DNA from: Dehalococcoidia bacterium
GTDB lineage: Bacteria; Chloroflexota; Dehalococcoidia; DSTF01; RBG-16-68-14
Length of the DNA stretch: 64,000 nt
NCBI GenBank assembly: GCA_040882355.1
Contig: JBBEBM010000029.1
Span: 1-64,000 of the forward strand
Direction: 5' to 3'
Made by a program: the position numbers and the translations under genes. Under the pieces are notes generated by a model, which was given only the letters and a program-made list of their open reading frames with translations, was not told the origin of the DNA and ran no database searches. Shown here piece after piece: positions 53,694-64,000 of the stretch (position 1 is its first letter; each line of letters starts with the position of its first letter).

Positions 53694-54034
53694 GAAGGCG
53701 CTCCCGCGATGTGTTCGATCATCAACGTCACCATGTTGTCCTCTTCCGTCCACAATCGATGCTGCGTGCCGGCCGGCCAGCGGACCGATTGTCCTTTGCT
53801 GATCGCTTCTGAATCGCCGTCCACGCTGGTCACTCCTCGTCCCTCGAGACAGACCACGTCGATGTCCCAGCCGGCGGCGTGCTCGTGAATCGTCCCGTCC
53901 GGGCCGAACCGAAGCATCGCGACCGCGAGGTGATCGAGCTTGAGGAGCACCTTGCCCTCCACATTGCGACACCCTTCATGAGGGACAGGAGACCACAACG
54001 GCCGGGGAACGGAGGTGACGTTTGGAGATATCAA
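53690..54034 (-). CDS. Cupin-domain protein
   Basis: IHEH...CLEGRG...WPAGTQH; start uncertain. Confidence 0.65.
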   Translation of the reverse strand: MISPNVTSVPRPLWSPVPHEGCRNVEGKVLLKLDHLAVAMLRFGPDGTIHEHAAGWDIDVVCLEGRGVTSVDGDSEAISKGQSVRWPAGTQHRLWTEEDNMVTLMIEHIAGAPS

Positions 54035-54159
54035 GCCTTCCTCAGATCGCGTAGTGGCTGCCAGGTATTCGAGTTCGGCGCATCCGCCGGGCTGTCGCCG
54101 GAGGCGACTCGCCGAGGCGAGAAGCCTGGCCTTCGGGCAGGGCCGGACCTGGTTCCCGC

Positions 54160-55581
54160 CTACCCGACGGCGCCTTCCATCTGAAGCTCGATCAGGCGGT
54201 TCAGCTCCACGGCGTACTCCATCGGCAGCTCTTTGACGATCGGCTCGACGAAGCCGTTGACGATCATCTTCGCCGCCTCCGCCTCGTCAATGCCGCGCGA
54301 CATCAGGTAGAAGAGCTGCTCTTCGCCCAGCTTGCTCACCGACGCCTCGTGGCCGATGGTCACGTCCTGCTCGTCGATCTCCATCAGCGGGTACGTGTCG
54401 GAGCGCGAGTCCTCATCGAGAATGAGCGCGTCGCAGCGCACGGTGGACTTGACGCCCTTCGCGCCCGGGTAGACGCGCAGCTCGCCGCGATAGCTCGTGC
54501 GGCCGCCGTCCTTGCTGATCGACTTCGAGTTGATCACTGACGTGGTGTGCGGCGCGGCGTGGATCGCCTTGCCGCCGGCGTCCTGATGCTGACCGTGGCC
54601 CGCCATCGCCAGCGAGAGGATCTCGCCGTGCGCCCCCGGCTCCATCAGATAGACGCTCGGGTACTTCATCGTGAGCTTGGAGCCCAGGTTGCCGTCGATC
54701 CACTCGCCGACGCCGTCCCCGTAGACGGCCATCCGCTTGGTGACCAGGTTAAAGACGTTGTCGGACCAGTTCTGGATCGTCGTGTAGCGAACGCGCGCCC
54801 CGCGCTTGACGACGATCTCCACCACGGCGCTGTGCAGCGAGTCGCTTGAGTACGTCGGCGCTGTGCAGCCCTCGACGTAGTGCACGTCGGAGCCTTCATC
54901 GGCGATGATCAGCGTCCGCTCGAACTGGCCCATGTTCTCGGTGTTGATGCGGAAGTAGGCCTGGAGCGGCATCGGCACCTTGACGCCCTTCGGCACGTAG
55001 ATGAAGCTCCCGCCCGACCAGACGCTGCTGTTCAGCGCGGCGAACTTGTTGTCGTTCGACGGGATGATCGTGCCGATGTACTGCCGGACCAGGTCCGGAT
55101 ACTCCCGAACCGCGGTGTCCGTGTCGACGAAGATCACACCCAGCTTCTGCAGGTCCTCGCGGATGTTGTGGTAGACGACCTCCGAGTCGTACTGGGCCTC
55201 GACTCCTGAGAGGAACTTGCGCTCCGCCTCGGGGATGCCCAGCTTGTCGAACGTGCGCTTGATCTCCGCCGGCACGTCGTCCCACGTCTTGCCCTGCTCC
55301 TGGACGGGCTTGACGTAGTAGTAGATGTCGTTGAAGTCCAGCGAGTAGTTCTGGATGTTGCCGCCCCAGAAGCCGGCCGGCATCGGCCGCTCTTCCCAGT
55401 GGCGGTACGCCTTCAGCCGGAAGTCCCGCATCCATGTCGGCTCGTTTTTCATCTCGGAGATGCCCGCGACCACATCCGCGTTCAGACCCTTCTTGGGCGC
55501 GTTGATCGCGTGGAAGTCAGCGTCGTGCCAGCCGTACTTGTAGCCGCCTTCGGTGATCATGTCCTTCGGCTTCGTGACCAT
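54160..55581 (-). CDS. sufB: Fe-S cluster assembly protein SufB
   Basis: [38 protein letters not shown]. Confidence 0.96.
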   Translation of the reverse strand: MVTKPKDMITEGGYKYGWHDADFHAINAPKKGLNADVVAGISEMKNEPTWMRDFRLKAYRHWEERPMPAGFWGGNIQNYSLDFNDIYYYVKPVQEQGKTWDDVPAEIKRTFDKLGIPEAERKFLSGVEAQYDSEVVYHNIREDLQKLGVIFVDTDTAVREYPDLVRQYIGTIIPSNDNKFAALNSSVWSGGSFIYVPKGVKVPMPLQAYFRINTENMGQFERTLIIADEGSDVHYVEGCTAPTYSSDSLHSAVVEIVVKRGARVRYTTIQNWSDNVFNLVTKRMAVYGDGVGEWIDGNLGSKLTMKYPSVYLMEPGAHGEILSLAMAGHGQHQDAGGKAIHAAPHTTSVINSKSISKDGGRTSYRGELRVYPGAKGVKSTVRCDALILDEDSRSDTYPLMEIDEQDVTIGHEASVSKLGEEQLFYLMSRGIDEAEAAKMIVNGFVEPIVKELPMEYAVELNRLIELQMEGAVG

Positions 55582-56390
55582 TACGCGGCTCCTTCGGCGC
55601 CAGCCTTGGCAGGCGCAAACTCTTCGATGATCCAATCGTAGCCCTGCTTCTCCAGCTCCAGCGCCAGCTCTGGCCCGCCCGTCTTTACGATGCGGCCGTC
55701 GTAGAGCACGTGGACGATGTCCGGCTTCACGTAGTTGAGCATGCGCTGGTAGTGCGTCACCAGCAGTAGGGCCCGCTCGGGTCCGCGCAGCGCGTCGATC
55801 CCCTCAGCAACGATCCGTAGCGCGTCGATGTCGAGGCCGGAGTCCGTCTCGTCCAGGATCGCCATCTCCGGCTGGAGCAGCGCCAGTTGGAGCACCTCCG
55901 CGCGCTTCTTCTCGCCGCCGGAAAAGCCCTCGTTCACATAACGACGGGCGAAGGTCGGGTCCATCTTCAGCAGGTCCATCGTCTCGTCGAGCAGCTTGCG
56001 GAACTCGCGTACCGGCACGTCCTCGCCCCGGCGCGCCTTGAGCGCCGAGCGCAGGAAGTTGCCCATGACGACCCCTGGGATGCCGATCGGGTACTGGAAG
56101 GCGAGGAAGATGCCGCGCCGGGCGCGCTCGTCGGGCTTGAGGCCGAGGAGCTCTTCGCCCATGAAGAGGACGCGGCCCTTCGTGACCTGGTAGCGCGGGT
56201 GGCCCATCAGCGCATTGGCGAGCGTGCTCTTGCCGGAGCCGTTCGGCCCCATCAAAGCGTGCACTTCGCCCCGGTTGACGACGAGATCGACCCCCTTGAG
56301 GATCTCCTTCCCCTCCACGCTCACGTGCAAGCCGTCGATGACGAAGAGCGGCTGCCCGTCGCGTGTCTTCGATCCGTTTCGTCCTGCCAT
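55581..56390 (-). CDS. sufC: Fe-S cluster assembly ATPase SufC
   Basis: [37 protein letters not shown]. Confidence 0.96.
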   Translation of the reverse strand: MAGRNGSKTRDGQPLFVIDGLHVSVEGKEILKGVDLVVNRGEVHALMGPNGSGKSTLANALMGHPRYQVTKGRVLFMGEELLGLKPDERARRGIFLAFQYPIGIPGVVMGNFLRSALKARRGEDVPVREFRKLLDETMDLLKMDPTFARRYVNEGFSGGEKKRAEVLQLALLQPEMAILDETDSGLDIDALRIVAEGIDALRGPERALLLVTHYQRMLNYVKPDIVHVLYDGRIVKTGGPELALELEKQGYDWIIEEFAPAKAGAEGAA

Positions 56391-56476
56391 CTCCGCTCCT
56401 ATCTCTTGGTCTCCCTCATCTCCGCGGGTCGGGCTTTAGCCCGACGTGTGCCGCAGGTGGTCCTTTCTTCCGATGG

Positions 56477-57169
56477 TCAGGCTTCTCGCGCTAGCGAGTC
56501 GCCTCCGGCGACAGCCTGACGCGTAGTCCTCGCGCCGCCCTCGGCGACGATGTACTCGCACGCCGGCCTGCCGTCCGCGATCCGGCTCACCTGCCGCACC
56601 GGCGCTGCTACGAGCAGCTCGATCGTGCGCCGGTCCAGCTCGCAGGGGCCGGTGCTGGCGAGCGCCGCCTGGCGGTACGGGCAGGCCGAGTTGCTCAGGT
56701 GGAAGCCGTCCGCCTGCTTTTCCCAGCCGTCGACGATGCCTTCGCGCTGGAGCGTCTGGCTGGTCTCGGCCACGCGCCCTTCGAGTGACAGGGCTTCGAC
56801 CTCGCTCTTGTGCTCCTCGGCGACCTGCTCCGCCGCCGCCTCAAAGGCGGTGTGGAGCAGGTGCGCACCGTCGCGCCCGCCTACCTGGCCCGCGTCGAGC
56901 GATCGCAGCCCCTGGTAGAGGCGCGAGAGCAGGCGAGAGTAGCCGGCCGGGGCCCGCTCCTCCGCTTCCTCGGTCGGGTAGAAGACGAAGGCAGGGCGGC
57001 CCACGCCGTGGCGTTCGACGCGCACGTCGGCGAGGCCATCGACCCGCAGGTGGTCGAGGTGGCGGCGCACCGACGCCTGTCCGACGCCCAGTTCCTCGGC
57101 GAGGCCCGCCACAGTCGCCCCGCTCCGCGCCCTCAGCAGGCGCAGCACATGGTCTTTCGTGCTCTCCAT
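56477..57169 (-). CDS. sufR: SufR-like winged-HTH regulator
   Basis: HTH followed by GRP..Y, CPY...C...C; first gene of the suf operon. Confidence 0.75.
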   Translation of the reverse strand: MESTKDHVLRLLRARSGATVAGLAEELGVGQASVRRHLDHLRVDGLADVRVERHGVGRPAFVFYPTEEAEERAPAGYSRLLSRLYQGLRSLDAGQVGGRDGAHLLHTAFEAAAEQVAEEHKSEVEALSLEGRVAETSQTLQREGIVDGWEKQADGFHLSNSACPYRQAALASTGPCELDRRTIELLVAAPVRQVSRIADGRPACEYIVAEGGARTTRQAVAGGDSLAREA

Positions 57170-57179
57170 CGCGATTCCA

Positions 57180-57245
57180 GGGTATCCCGAGAGGGTGCAG
57201 TAGTCAAGATATTTGGACTTAAAATGAATTATTGAGCATAAAACT
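57180..57245 (-). promoter_or_regulatory. suf promoter (TTGACT-17 bp-TACCCT) with an AT-rich candidate operator
   Basis: AT-rich island with an AGTC-N10-GACT inverted repeat overlapping the -35. Confidence 0.55.
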
Positions 57246-57339
57246 GCCATAGCGAGCGAGAGGGCCGGCCAGCCTGGTCTGTTGGGTTCCTATCCGCCAG
57301 GTCAGTTGACCGTGCGGCAGTCGATCATGCCGAGCGGGA

Positions 57340-57483
57340 AGTGGGGGTGCAGGGGACAGCGCCCCCTGCCGGGTGCTGTCCCCTGGCCTGAGCGAAGCCG
57401 AAGAAGTGTCCCCCAAACTCACCCAAACACTGCGGGGCGTGTGCGTGGGAAAGGTAGACGCCTGTTCGACGGTACCCTGCTAG
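57340..57483. repeat. Degenerate MITE-family copy with REP module
   Basis: GGGGTGCAGGGGACAGCGCCCCCTGCCGG...CCTGAGCGAAGCCGAAG..GTGTCCCCCA...ACCCTGCTAG. Confidence 0.65.
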
Positions 57484-58766
57484 GCCGCCCGCGTAGTGGC
57501 GTCGATCCCGGCCGTTCCGTTGCTGCCGTTCGTTCCGATCGTCGCCTCGATCTGCTGAGTGAGGTGCTCGATGACGCCTCGTTCCCAGAGCGCCACGAAC
57601 GCCGGCACCAGGTCCGGGTCCAGGTGGGAGCCGGCCATCCGCTGAAGCTCGCGGATCGCCGCCACCGGTGACCAGGCCTCCTTGTACGGCCGCTGGCTGA
57701 TTAACGCGTCGTAGACGTCCGCGATAGCGACGATGCGCGCGGCCAGCGGAATCTGCTGCCCGGCGATGCCGTCCGGGTACCCGCCTCCGTCCCAGTGCTC
57801 GTGGTGCCAGCGGGCCACCTGCCGCGCGATCTCGAAGTCGCTGTTCTCGGTGAACAGGCGGTCGCTCCAGGCGGTGTGGGCCTGCATGGTGCGCCACTCA
57901 TCCGGGTTGAGCGGGCCCGGCTTGCGCAGCACAGCGTCGGGCACGTGCGCCTTGCCCACGTCGTGCGTGAGCGATGCGTCGGCGATTTCCTGCGCCTCGC
58001 GGGCCGTCATGCCCAGGTCCAGCGCGAGCGCCCGCGAGAAGTGCTGGATGCGGTGCAAGTGGGCGCCCACGTCCGTATCGCGCGCCTCCACCAGCGTCGC
58101 CAACATGTTCATCGTCTGGCGGTTCTGCTCGACGAGCTTCGTCCTGCGCTTCTCCAGCTCCCGCGCCATCCCCAGCGCGACGACGCCCAGCGTGGTGAAG
58201 AACACGATGCGGATGGGAAGCTGATCGGTGAACTGGCTGTTGGCAGGGAAATAGAGGAACGTGCCCAGCGCGAACCAGCCCACCCAGAGCGCCGTGTAGA
58301 GCAGCGAACCGACCGGAGCCAGCGTGAACCCCCCGGTGACGATGTAGACGACGAAGACCAGCCATATGTCAGAAGCTGAACCCGCCGCCCCCATCGCGTG
58401 AAAGACGTAGAGCGACGCACTCATCAGCACGATCGAGTCCAGCGTAAGGCCTAGCACGCGCGCCGCGAACGGGCGCTCCTTGATGTAGACCAGGTACGCC
58501 AGCGCGAAGTTGTACGCCTCGGCGGCGACGCATCCCATCACGACCGCTGGCCAGCCCGGGATGCGCATCTGCTGGATCGGCAGCACCGCGATGATCACGC
58601 CCGCGATCAGCGCGCGCTGCATCACGTCGCGACGCATATCCGCGACTTCCACCGGTCCCAGCAGGGCGTACGCGAGGCTGGAGAGCCCGCGCAGCAATCT
58701 GCGGCGCGGACTGTTCGCGCCGCGCGGTCGAACGTGGGCAACATCCTGAGGAAGCGCGCTCAGCAT
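57480..58766 (-). CDS. Membrane-bound HD-GYP domain phosphodiesterase
   Basis: N-terminal TMs, EARD...H, HDVGK, HHEHWDGGGYPDG, ADVYDAL. Start ATG 58766 or GTG 58790. Confidence 0.88.
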   Translation of the reverse strand: MLSALPQDVAHVRPRGANSPRRRLLRGLSSLAYALLGPVEVADMRRDVMQRALIAGVIIAVLPIQQMRIPGWPAVVMGCVAAEAYNFALAYLVYIKERPFAARVLGLTLDSIVLMSASLYVFHAMGAAGSASDIWLVFVVYIVTGGFTLAPVGSLLYTALWVGWFALGTFLYFPANSQFTDQLPIRIVFFTTLGVVALGMARELEKRRTKLVEQNRQTMNMLATLVEARDTDVGAHLHRIQHFSRALALDLGMTAREAQEIADASLTHDVGKAHVPDAVLRKPGPLNPDEWRTMQAHTAWSDRLFTENSDFEIARQVARWHHEHWDGGGYPDGIAGQQIPLAARIVAIADVYDALISQRPYKEAWSPVAAIRELQRMAGSHLDPDLVPAFVALWERGVIEHLTQQIEATIGTNGSNGTAGIDATTRAA

Positions 58767-58981
58767 AGTGATCCAGACTATGATCGACACGGAGTACCCC
58801 TCTGTGCAGAGGGGTACAAGAACAAACGTGCGCTTCGTTCGTGCGTTAGCTTCGCGGGCCGGGTCGCATTCTAGTCAGCCCAGCGTCTCCCTATCCGATA
58901 GATGACCCGCCGAGGCCTAGAGCAGCAAGAGGCAGGCCACCGTGCGGCGGCCTGCCTCCCTGTGCGGTCGCGTAGTCTCGG

Positions 58982-59302
58982 CTAGCGCCTGAGCGTGCGC
59001 AGTCCGACCGCCGCGAGTGCCAGCGCCCCGATCCCTGCCGCGCCTAGCGCCAGCCACGGCGTCGACTCGCCGCCGTCCGCGCCCGTGCCCGTCGGCGGCA
59101 GCGCGGTCGCGATGACGGTGGCAGCGGGCGCTGTCGCGGTTTCGCCGACAGTGGCCGTCTCGGTCGGGGCCGGCGGCGTCTCCGTCTCCGTGGGCGTTGG
59201 GGTGTCGGGCAGGCTCTGTCCTGCCGCGAGCTGAGTGGTGGCGCCCACCACCGAGACGGTGATAATGGCGCCGAGCGCTATCGTGGCTAGTAGTCGCATC
59301 AT
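58982..59302 (-). CDS. Small secreted Thr/Pro-rich LPxTG sortase substrate
   Basis: Signal peptide, TP-rich region, LPPTG + TM + RTLRR; SD AAGGAGG. Confidence 0.75.
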   Translation of the reverse strand: MMRLLATIALGAIITVSVVGATTQLAAGQSLPDTPTPTETETPPAPTETATVGETATAPAATVIATALPPTGTGADGGESTPWLALGAAGIGALALAAVGLRTLRR

Positions 59303-59398
59303 GCGAGCCTCCTTGCTTCGACGAGCCGATCCCTTCGTCGGGCACCGTCGTTTCGGCGAGTATAGCACGGTCTCGCCATAACGACTAGTCCGTTGCGC

Positions 59399-60373
59399 CT
59401 AAGGGCGTTCGTCCCGCCTCGCCGCCAGGGCGCTCAGCACCTCCATCACCACCCGATGCGCCACCTCCGCCGTGATGCCGGCCGGGTCGTAGGGCGGCGA
59501 GACCTCCACCACGTCCGCCCCCGCCAGCTCCGTCCGCAGCGCGATCTCGCGGACGGCGCGCAGCAGCTCGCGGGCGCTGAGGCCGCCGGGCTCCGGCGTG
59601 CCCGTGCCCGGCGCGTACGCCGGGTCGAGCACGTCGATGTCGACCGAGAGGTAGAGTCGCTCCGCCCCGTCCAGCGCCTGTTCGATCGCCTCCGCCAGCA
59701 CCTCGTCGAACCCGCGGCGCTGGATGTCGTGCATCGTGTGCCAGCGCATGCCCTGCTCGCGCATCCAGTCGAAGACCGACGGCGGCGGCCAGTAGCCGCG
59801 CAGCCCCACCTGCACGAAGTGCCGCCCGGCGACAGCGCCCGACTCGATCAGCCGGCGCATCGGCGTGCCGTGGCTCAGCAGCACCCCCCACGAGTCGTCC
59901 GCCGTGTCCGCGTGCGCGTCGAAGTGCACGACGCCTAACTTGCCCTCACCCAGCGCCTCCGACACCGCCGCCGCGCTCGGAAACGTGATCGAATGGTCGC
60001 CGCCCAGCACGATCGGGATCGCGCCCAGCCGCGCCACCTCGCCCACCTTCGAGCGGATCGCCTCGTTCGTGCGCTCCAGGTCGCCCGGCACGACGTCCGC
60101 GTCGTCGTAGTCGAAGACGCGCAGCGAGCGGAACGGCTGCACCTGCAACCCCAGGTGGTACGCCGTGCGCCGCAAGTTCGAGGCGGCCCGGATCGCCCGC
60201 GGCCCGAAGCGCGCCCCCGGCCGGTGCGACGTCGCCCAGTCCGCCGGCGCGCCGACAATCGCCACGTCCGGCCGCTCTCGTGCGAGCGACTCCGCATCGC
60301 GCACCAGCGGCGTGTGCAGGAACGTCGGGATCCCAACGAACGCCGGTCGGTCGTCCATCCTGTCGAACACCAC
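59399..60373 (-). CDS. speB: Agmatinase/ureohydrolase family protein
   Basis: RPGARFGPRAIR, LGGDHS, HFDAHAD, SHGTP, SVDIDVLDP..APGTGTPEPGG. Confidence 0.88.
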   Translation of the reverse strand: MVFDRMDDRPAFVGIPTFLHTPLVRDAESLARERPDVAIVGAPADWATSHRPGARFGPRAIRAASNLRRTAYHLGLQVQPFRSLRVFDYDDADVVPGDLERTNEAIRSKVGEVARLGAIPIVLGGDHSITFPSAAAVSEALGEGKLGVVHFDAHADTADDSWGVLLSHGTPMRRLIESGAVAGRHFVQVGLRGYWPPPSVFDWMREQGMRWHTMHDIQRRGFDEVLAEAIEQALDGAERLYLSVDIDVLDPAYAPGTGTPEPGGLSARELLRAVREIALRTELAGADVVEVSPPYDPAGITAEVAHRVVMEVLSALAARRDERP

Positions 60374-60542
60374 GGGTCGATGATAGCAGCCCTGCGGGCC
60401 GCAGGGTCGCGGGCCGCAGGTCGCGGGTCGCGGGCCTGCCCTGAGCGCAGTCGACAGCCTGACAGCGCCGCCAGCGCTCGCCCGTAGCCTTCGCACGGAG
60501 GTTCTGATACAATTCCCCGCGAGCGAGGTCAGGAGGCCCTCA

Positions 60543-62543
60543 ATGACGGAACTCATCTGGGACGGCAAGTACGACCAGGACGGCAAGAAGGTGGCCCCGC
60601 TGCGGGTGGCGCTCCCCTTCCAGACCGTCGAGACGGTCAACGAGTCTGCCCAGGAGCGCCAGCGCGTCCTGGACATGTTCAGCACCGGCCGCGACCCCGA
60701 GTGGCGCAACCGCCTCATCTGGGGAGACAAGAAATACGTGCTACCCGCCCTTCTCCAGGAGTTCGCCGGCCAGGTCGACCTCATCTACATCGACCCTCCG
60801 TTCGATACGGGCACCAACTTCTCCTTTCAGGTGCAAGTGGATGGAGAAGAATTCACCAGGGCTCCCAACGTCATCGAGATGAAGGCATATCGTGATATCT
60901 GGAGCCACGGCCTCGACAGCTATCTTCACTGGTTGTACGAGTCATTCGTCATTCTCCACGACCTACTGGCTCCCACCGGGAGTATCTTCGTGCATCTCGG
61001 CTCCAACGTCTCGGCCTATGCAAGGCCGCTTCTCTCCGAGTGCTTTGGCGAGCCCGCTTACACGAACGAAATCGTCTGGAAGCGCTCAGCGGCTCATAGT
61101 GACATCGGCCAAGGCGCCCTCCACCTCGGACGCCTCCACGACGTGATCTATTGGTACAGAATGGGCGCGCAGTCGACCGTACACATGCAGTACGAACCGT
61201 ACACCGATGAGTACATTGCCAACACGTACAAGTTCATCGATGCTGATACCGGGCGGCGCTATGCCAGCGACAACACGAGTGGCCCGGGCGGCGCACGCAA
61301 AGGAAACCCATTTTTCGAGTTTCGCGGCGTCAAGAAATATTGGCGCTACTCACGGGCAACCGTCGAGCGGCTTCATGCAGAGGGCCGGCTCATTCAGAGC
61401 AACGAAGGGAGAGACTGGCGCTACAAGCGATACCTCGACGAGATGCCAGGCGTTCCCATTCAGGACGTCTGGCTGGACATACCTCCTCTCCAGAGCCAGA
61501 GCGCCGAGCGAACGGGCTACGAAACGCAGAAGCCTGACAGGCTACTGAACCGCGTAATTGGCTTGGCTTCCAACGAAGGCGATCTCGTTCTAGACTGCTT
61601 TGTTGGAAGCGGAACTACTGCTGCCGTGGCGGAAGCTCTAGGCCGCCGTTGGATAGCCTGTGATCTCAGCCGCTTCGCTGTGGAGACCACGCGGAAGCGC
61701 ATTCTCTCCTTACCCGAAGTCAAGCCCTTCGTAGTCCAGAACCTCGGCAAGTACGAGCGTCAGCTCTGGCAAGCCGCCGAGTTCGGCGAGACAGCCCAAC
61801 AGAAGCTGGCAGCGTACCGCCGCTTCATCCTCGATCTTTACAAGGCCACGCCGATTACCGGCTACGCGTGGCTCCACGGTCTGAAGGGCGGCCGCATGGT
61901 TCACGTTGGCGCAGTCGACTCGCCCGTCACGCCCGCCGACCTGTCGCAGATCGCCGCTGAGTTCAAGAAGGCGGTCGGCACCGGCAAGGATGCGCCGAAG
62001 ACCAACGGCGTCGATGTGCTCGGCTGGGACTTTGCCTTCGAGCTCAACGAGGTCGCCAAACAGCAGGCCGCCCAGGCCAACATTGACGTTCGCTTCCTCC
62101 GCATCCCCCGCGATGTGATGGACAAGCGGGCCGTGGACCAGGGCGACGTCCGCTTCTTCGAGCTCGCCGCGCTCTCGATTGACGTGCAACACCGTGGCCT
62201 AAATCTACAAGTCGCGCTCACCGACTTCGTCATCCCCCCGGACGATGTGCCGGAGGACGTTCAGAAGGCGATCACCCACTGGGAGCAGTGGATCGACTAC
62301 TGGGCGGTCGACTGGGACTTCAAGGCCGACACGTTCCACAACCAGTGGCAGGACTATCGCACGCGCAAGAAGCGCGCCCTCCAGAAGTCCACAACTCACA
62401 CCTATGACGAGCCCGGTGACTATACTGTCGTCATCAAGGTGATCGACATCCTCGGCAACGATACGACGAAGACGGTAAAGGTGAAGGTGGGAGCGGATGG
62501 CGCAAAGAAAAAGGCCCCCGCGCGAGCAGCTCGGTCTACTTGA
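60543..62543 (+). CDS. Type III-like restriction-modification DNA methyltransferase (Mod)
   Basis: YIDPPF (motif IV), YETQKP, DCFVGSGTT (motif I); followed by a helicase gene. Confidence 0.9.
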   Translation: MTELIWDGKYDQDGKKVAPLRVALPFQTVETVNESAQERQRVLDMFSTGRDPEWRNRLIWGDKKYVLPALLQEFAGQVDLIYIDPPFDTGTNFSFQVQVDGEEFTRAPNVIEMKAYRDIWSHGLDSYLHWLYESFVILHDLLAPTGSIFVHLGSNVSAYARPLLSECFGEPAYTNEIVWKRSAAHSDIGQGALHLGRLHDVIYWYRMGAQSTVHMQYEPYTDEYIANTYKFIDADTGRRYASDNTSGPGGARKGNPFFEFRGVKKYWRYSRATVERLHAEGRLIQSNEGRDWRYKRYLDEMPGVPIQDVWLDIPPLQSQSAERTGYETQKPDRLLNRVIGLASNEGDLVLDCFVGSGTTAAVAEALGRRWIACDLSRFAVETTRKRILSLPEVKPFVVQNLGKYERQLWQAAEFGETAQQKLAAYRRFILDLYKATPITGYAWLHGLKGGRMVHVGAVDSPVTPADLSQIAAEFKKAVGTGKDAPKTNGVDVLGWDFAFELNEVAKQQAAQANIDVRFLRIPRDVMDKRAVDQGDVRFFELAALSIDVQHRGLNLQVALTDFVIPPDDVPEDVQKAITHWEQWIDYWAVDWDFKADTFHNQWQDYRTRKKRALQKSTTHTYDEPGDYTVVIKVIDILGNDTTKTVKVKVGADGAKKKAPARAARST

Positions 62544-64000
62544 GCCGCGGGCGAAGACCGCGCCCTGCGTGCCGCAGATCCGGGAGGCGGTGGCGGACTG
62601 GAAGGCGCGCGACTACAAGGGGATCACCGACACCACGCGCCTGCTGCTCAACTACTGGTTCAAGACCGATCACCGTCTGCCCAACGGCCGTGCCTTCAGG
62701 TATCACGACTCCCAGCGCGAAGCGATCGAGACCCTGGTCTACGTCTACGAGGTTGCCGCCGCGCGGCGGCACAAGGACCTGCTGGAGAGGTACGTCACCA
62801 ACGTGCCTGACCTCCGCCTCCTCCAGTACGACGACTTTGCCCGCTACTGCGTCAAGATGGCCACAGGCAGCGGCAAGACCAAGGTCATGGCACTCGCAGT
62901 CGCCTGGCAGTACTTCAACGCCGTCGTTGAGGGCCGGGACGACTACGCCAAGACCGCCCTGATCATCGCGCCCAACGTCATCGTCTTCGAGCGCCTCAGC
63001 ACGGACTTCGCCGGCGGGCGCATCTTTCGAACCGATCCCATCATTCCCGCGGAGCTCTCGATCTTCTGGGATTTCGACTGCTACATGCGCGGGGACGCGG
63101 AGCGCACTACCTCGCAAGGCGCGCTCTACCTGACCAACGTCCAGCAGTTCTACGAGCGTCCATCGAGCTCGGACGGCATCGAACCCGAGGAGATGACCGG
63201 CGTCCTAGGTTCTCCCCCTCCATCCAAGACCATCGAGATCGAGGACTTCGCTACCCGCATCGTCGCTCGCGGCGGGCCGTGCGTCGTCGTCAACGACGAA
63301 GCGCACCACACGCACGACGAAGAGAGCGCATGGAGCCTGGTGATCCGCGAACTCCACTCGCGCTGCCCTGGTGGGCTCGCCGCGCAGCTCGACTTCACCG
63401 CGACGCCTCGCTACAGCAAAGGCGCCCTCTTCACCTGGACCGTCTACGACTATCCCCTCAAGCAGGCCATTACCGACAATATCGTCAAGCGCCCTGTGAA
63501 GGGCATCGCGACTGGCATCGCCGAGGGCCGCTCTGAGATCGCCAGCACGAAGTACGCCCCATTCCTAACAGCCGGTGTCGAACGCTGGCGCGAGTATCGG
63601 GACCAGCTCGCGCCGCTGCACAAGAAGCCGATCCTGTTCGTGATGATGAACGGGACGAAAGAGGCTGACGACGTCGGCAGCTACCTTCAAGCTAAGTACC
63701 CGGACGAGTTCGGTGACACGCGGCTTCTGGTGATCCACACAGACAACACTGGCAACGTATCGAAGAAAGATTTGGACAAGGCTCGCCAGGTCGCGCGCGA
63801 CGTTGACCGGGAGGAGATCCCGGTCAACGCGATCGTCAGCGTCCTCATGCTGCGTGAAGGCTGGGATGTCCAGAACGTCACGGTCGTCGTGGGCCTCCGC
63901 CCGTATACGTCCAAGGCCAACATCCTCCCTGAGCAGACCGTCGGGCGTGGGCTCCGTCTCATGTTCCGCGACTGGATCGACCGCCCGTCATACGTGGAAC
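62497..64000 (+). CDS. Type III-like restriction subunit, SF2 helicase (Res), partial; runs off the window
   Basis: Read by hand from ATG 62497 (MAQRKRPPREQL...): QREAIET, KMATGSGKT, NDEAHH, TATP, MLREGWDV. Absent from the ORF track, consistent with no stop inside the window. Confidence 0.88.
   Translation, partial: MAQRKRPPREQLGLLEPRAKTAPCVPQIREAVADWKARDYKGITDTTRLLLNYWFKTDHRLPNGRAFRYHDSQREAIETLVYVYEVAAARRHKDLLERYVTNVPDLRLLQYDDFARYCVKMATGSGKTKVMALAVAWQYFNAVVEGRDDYAKTALIIAPNVIVFERLSTDFAGGRIFRTDPIIPAELSIFWDFDCYMRGDAERTTSQGALYLTNVQQFYERPSSSDGIEPEEMTGVLGSPPPSKTIEIEDFATRIVARGGPCVVVNDEAHHTHDEESAWSLVIRELHSRCPGGLAAQLDFTATPRYSKGALFTWTVYDYPLKQAITDNIVKRPVKGIATGIAEGRSEIASTKYAPFLTAGVERWREYRDQLAPLHKKPILFVMMNGTKEADDVGSYLQAKYPDEFGDTRLLVIHTDNTGNVSKKDLDKARQVARDVDREEIPVNAIVSVLMLREGWDVQNVTVVVGLRPYTSKANILPEQTVGRGLRLMFRDWIDRPSYVE

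Overview
High-GC bacterial chromosomal window. The gene set (FO synthase cofG/cofH, SufR-led SUF operon, MurT/GatD, class F sortase, secreted proteins ending in a conserved '...QFGHTCA' tail) suggests Chloroflexota, probably Dehalococcoidia; this is inference. In order, it contains: thiE and a convergent TPP-riboswitch-controlled thiamine operon (thiD, small membrane ORF, cytX-like permease, small ORF, thiG, thiE/tenI-like, in-frame thiS-thiO fusion); corA; a c-di-GMP-II-like riboswitch before a secreted HExxH lipoprotein; asd, a Baeyer-Villiger monooxygenase, an SQR-like flavoprotein and dapA; a csoR-copA copper locus with decayed genes; sortase F, murT-gatD; cofG-cofH behind an unrecognised structured leader; a cluster of secreted surface-protein genes; gltB/gltD interrupted by a two-gene ParB/Srx-like plus phosphatase module; the SUF operon containing three tandem DinB-like paralogues; an HD-GYP protein; agmatinase; and the start of a type III-like restriction-modification locus. 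Intergenic DNA carries a ~141-bp MITE-like family, several REP-like families that are nested in one another, and heptamer tandem repeats. The best novelty candidates are the riboswitch-like cofGH leader, the ParB/Srx-like plus phosphatase pair, the conserved-tail surface-protein system and the ThiS-ThiO fusion. I found no tRNA, rRNA, CRISPR array or transposase. All family assignments come from motif recognition by eye; no searches were run.
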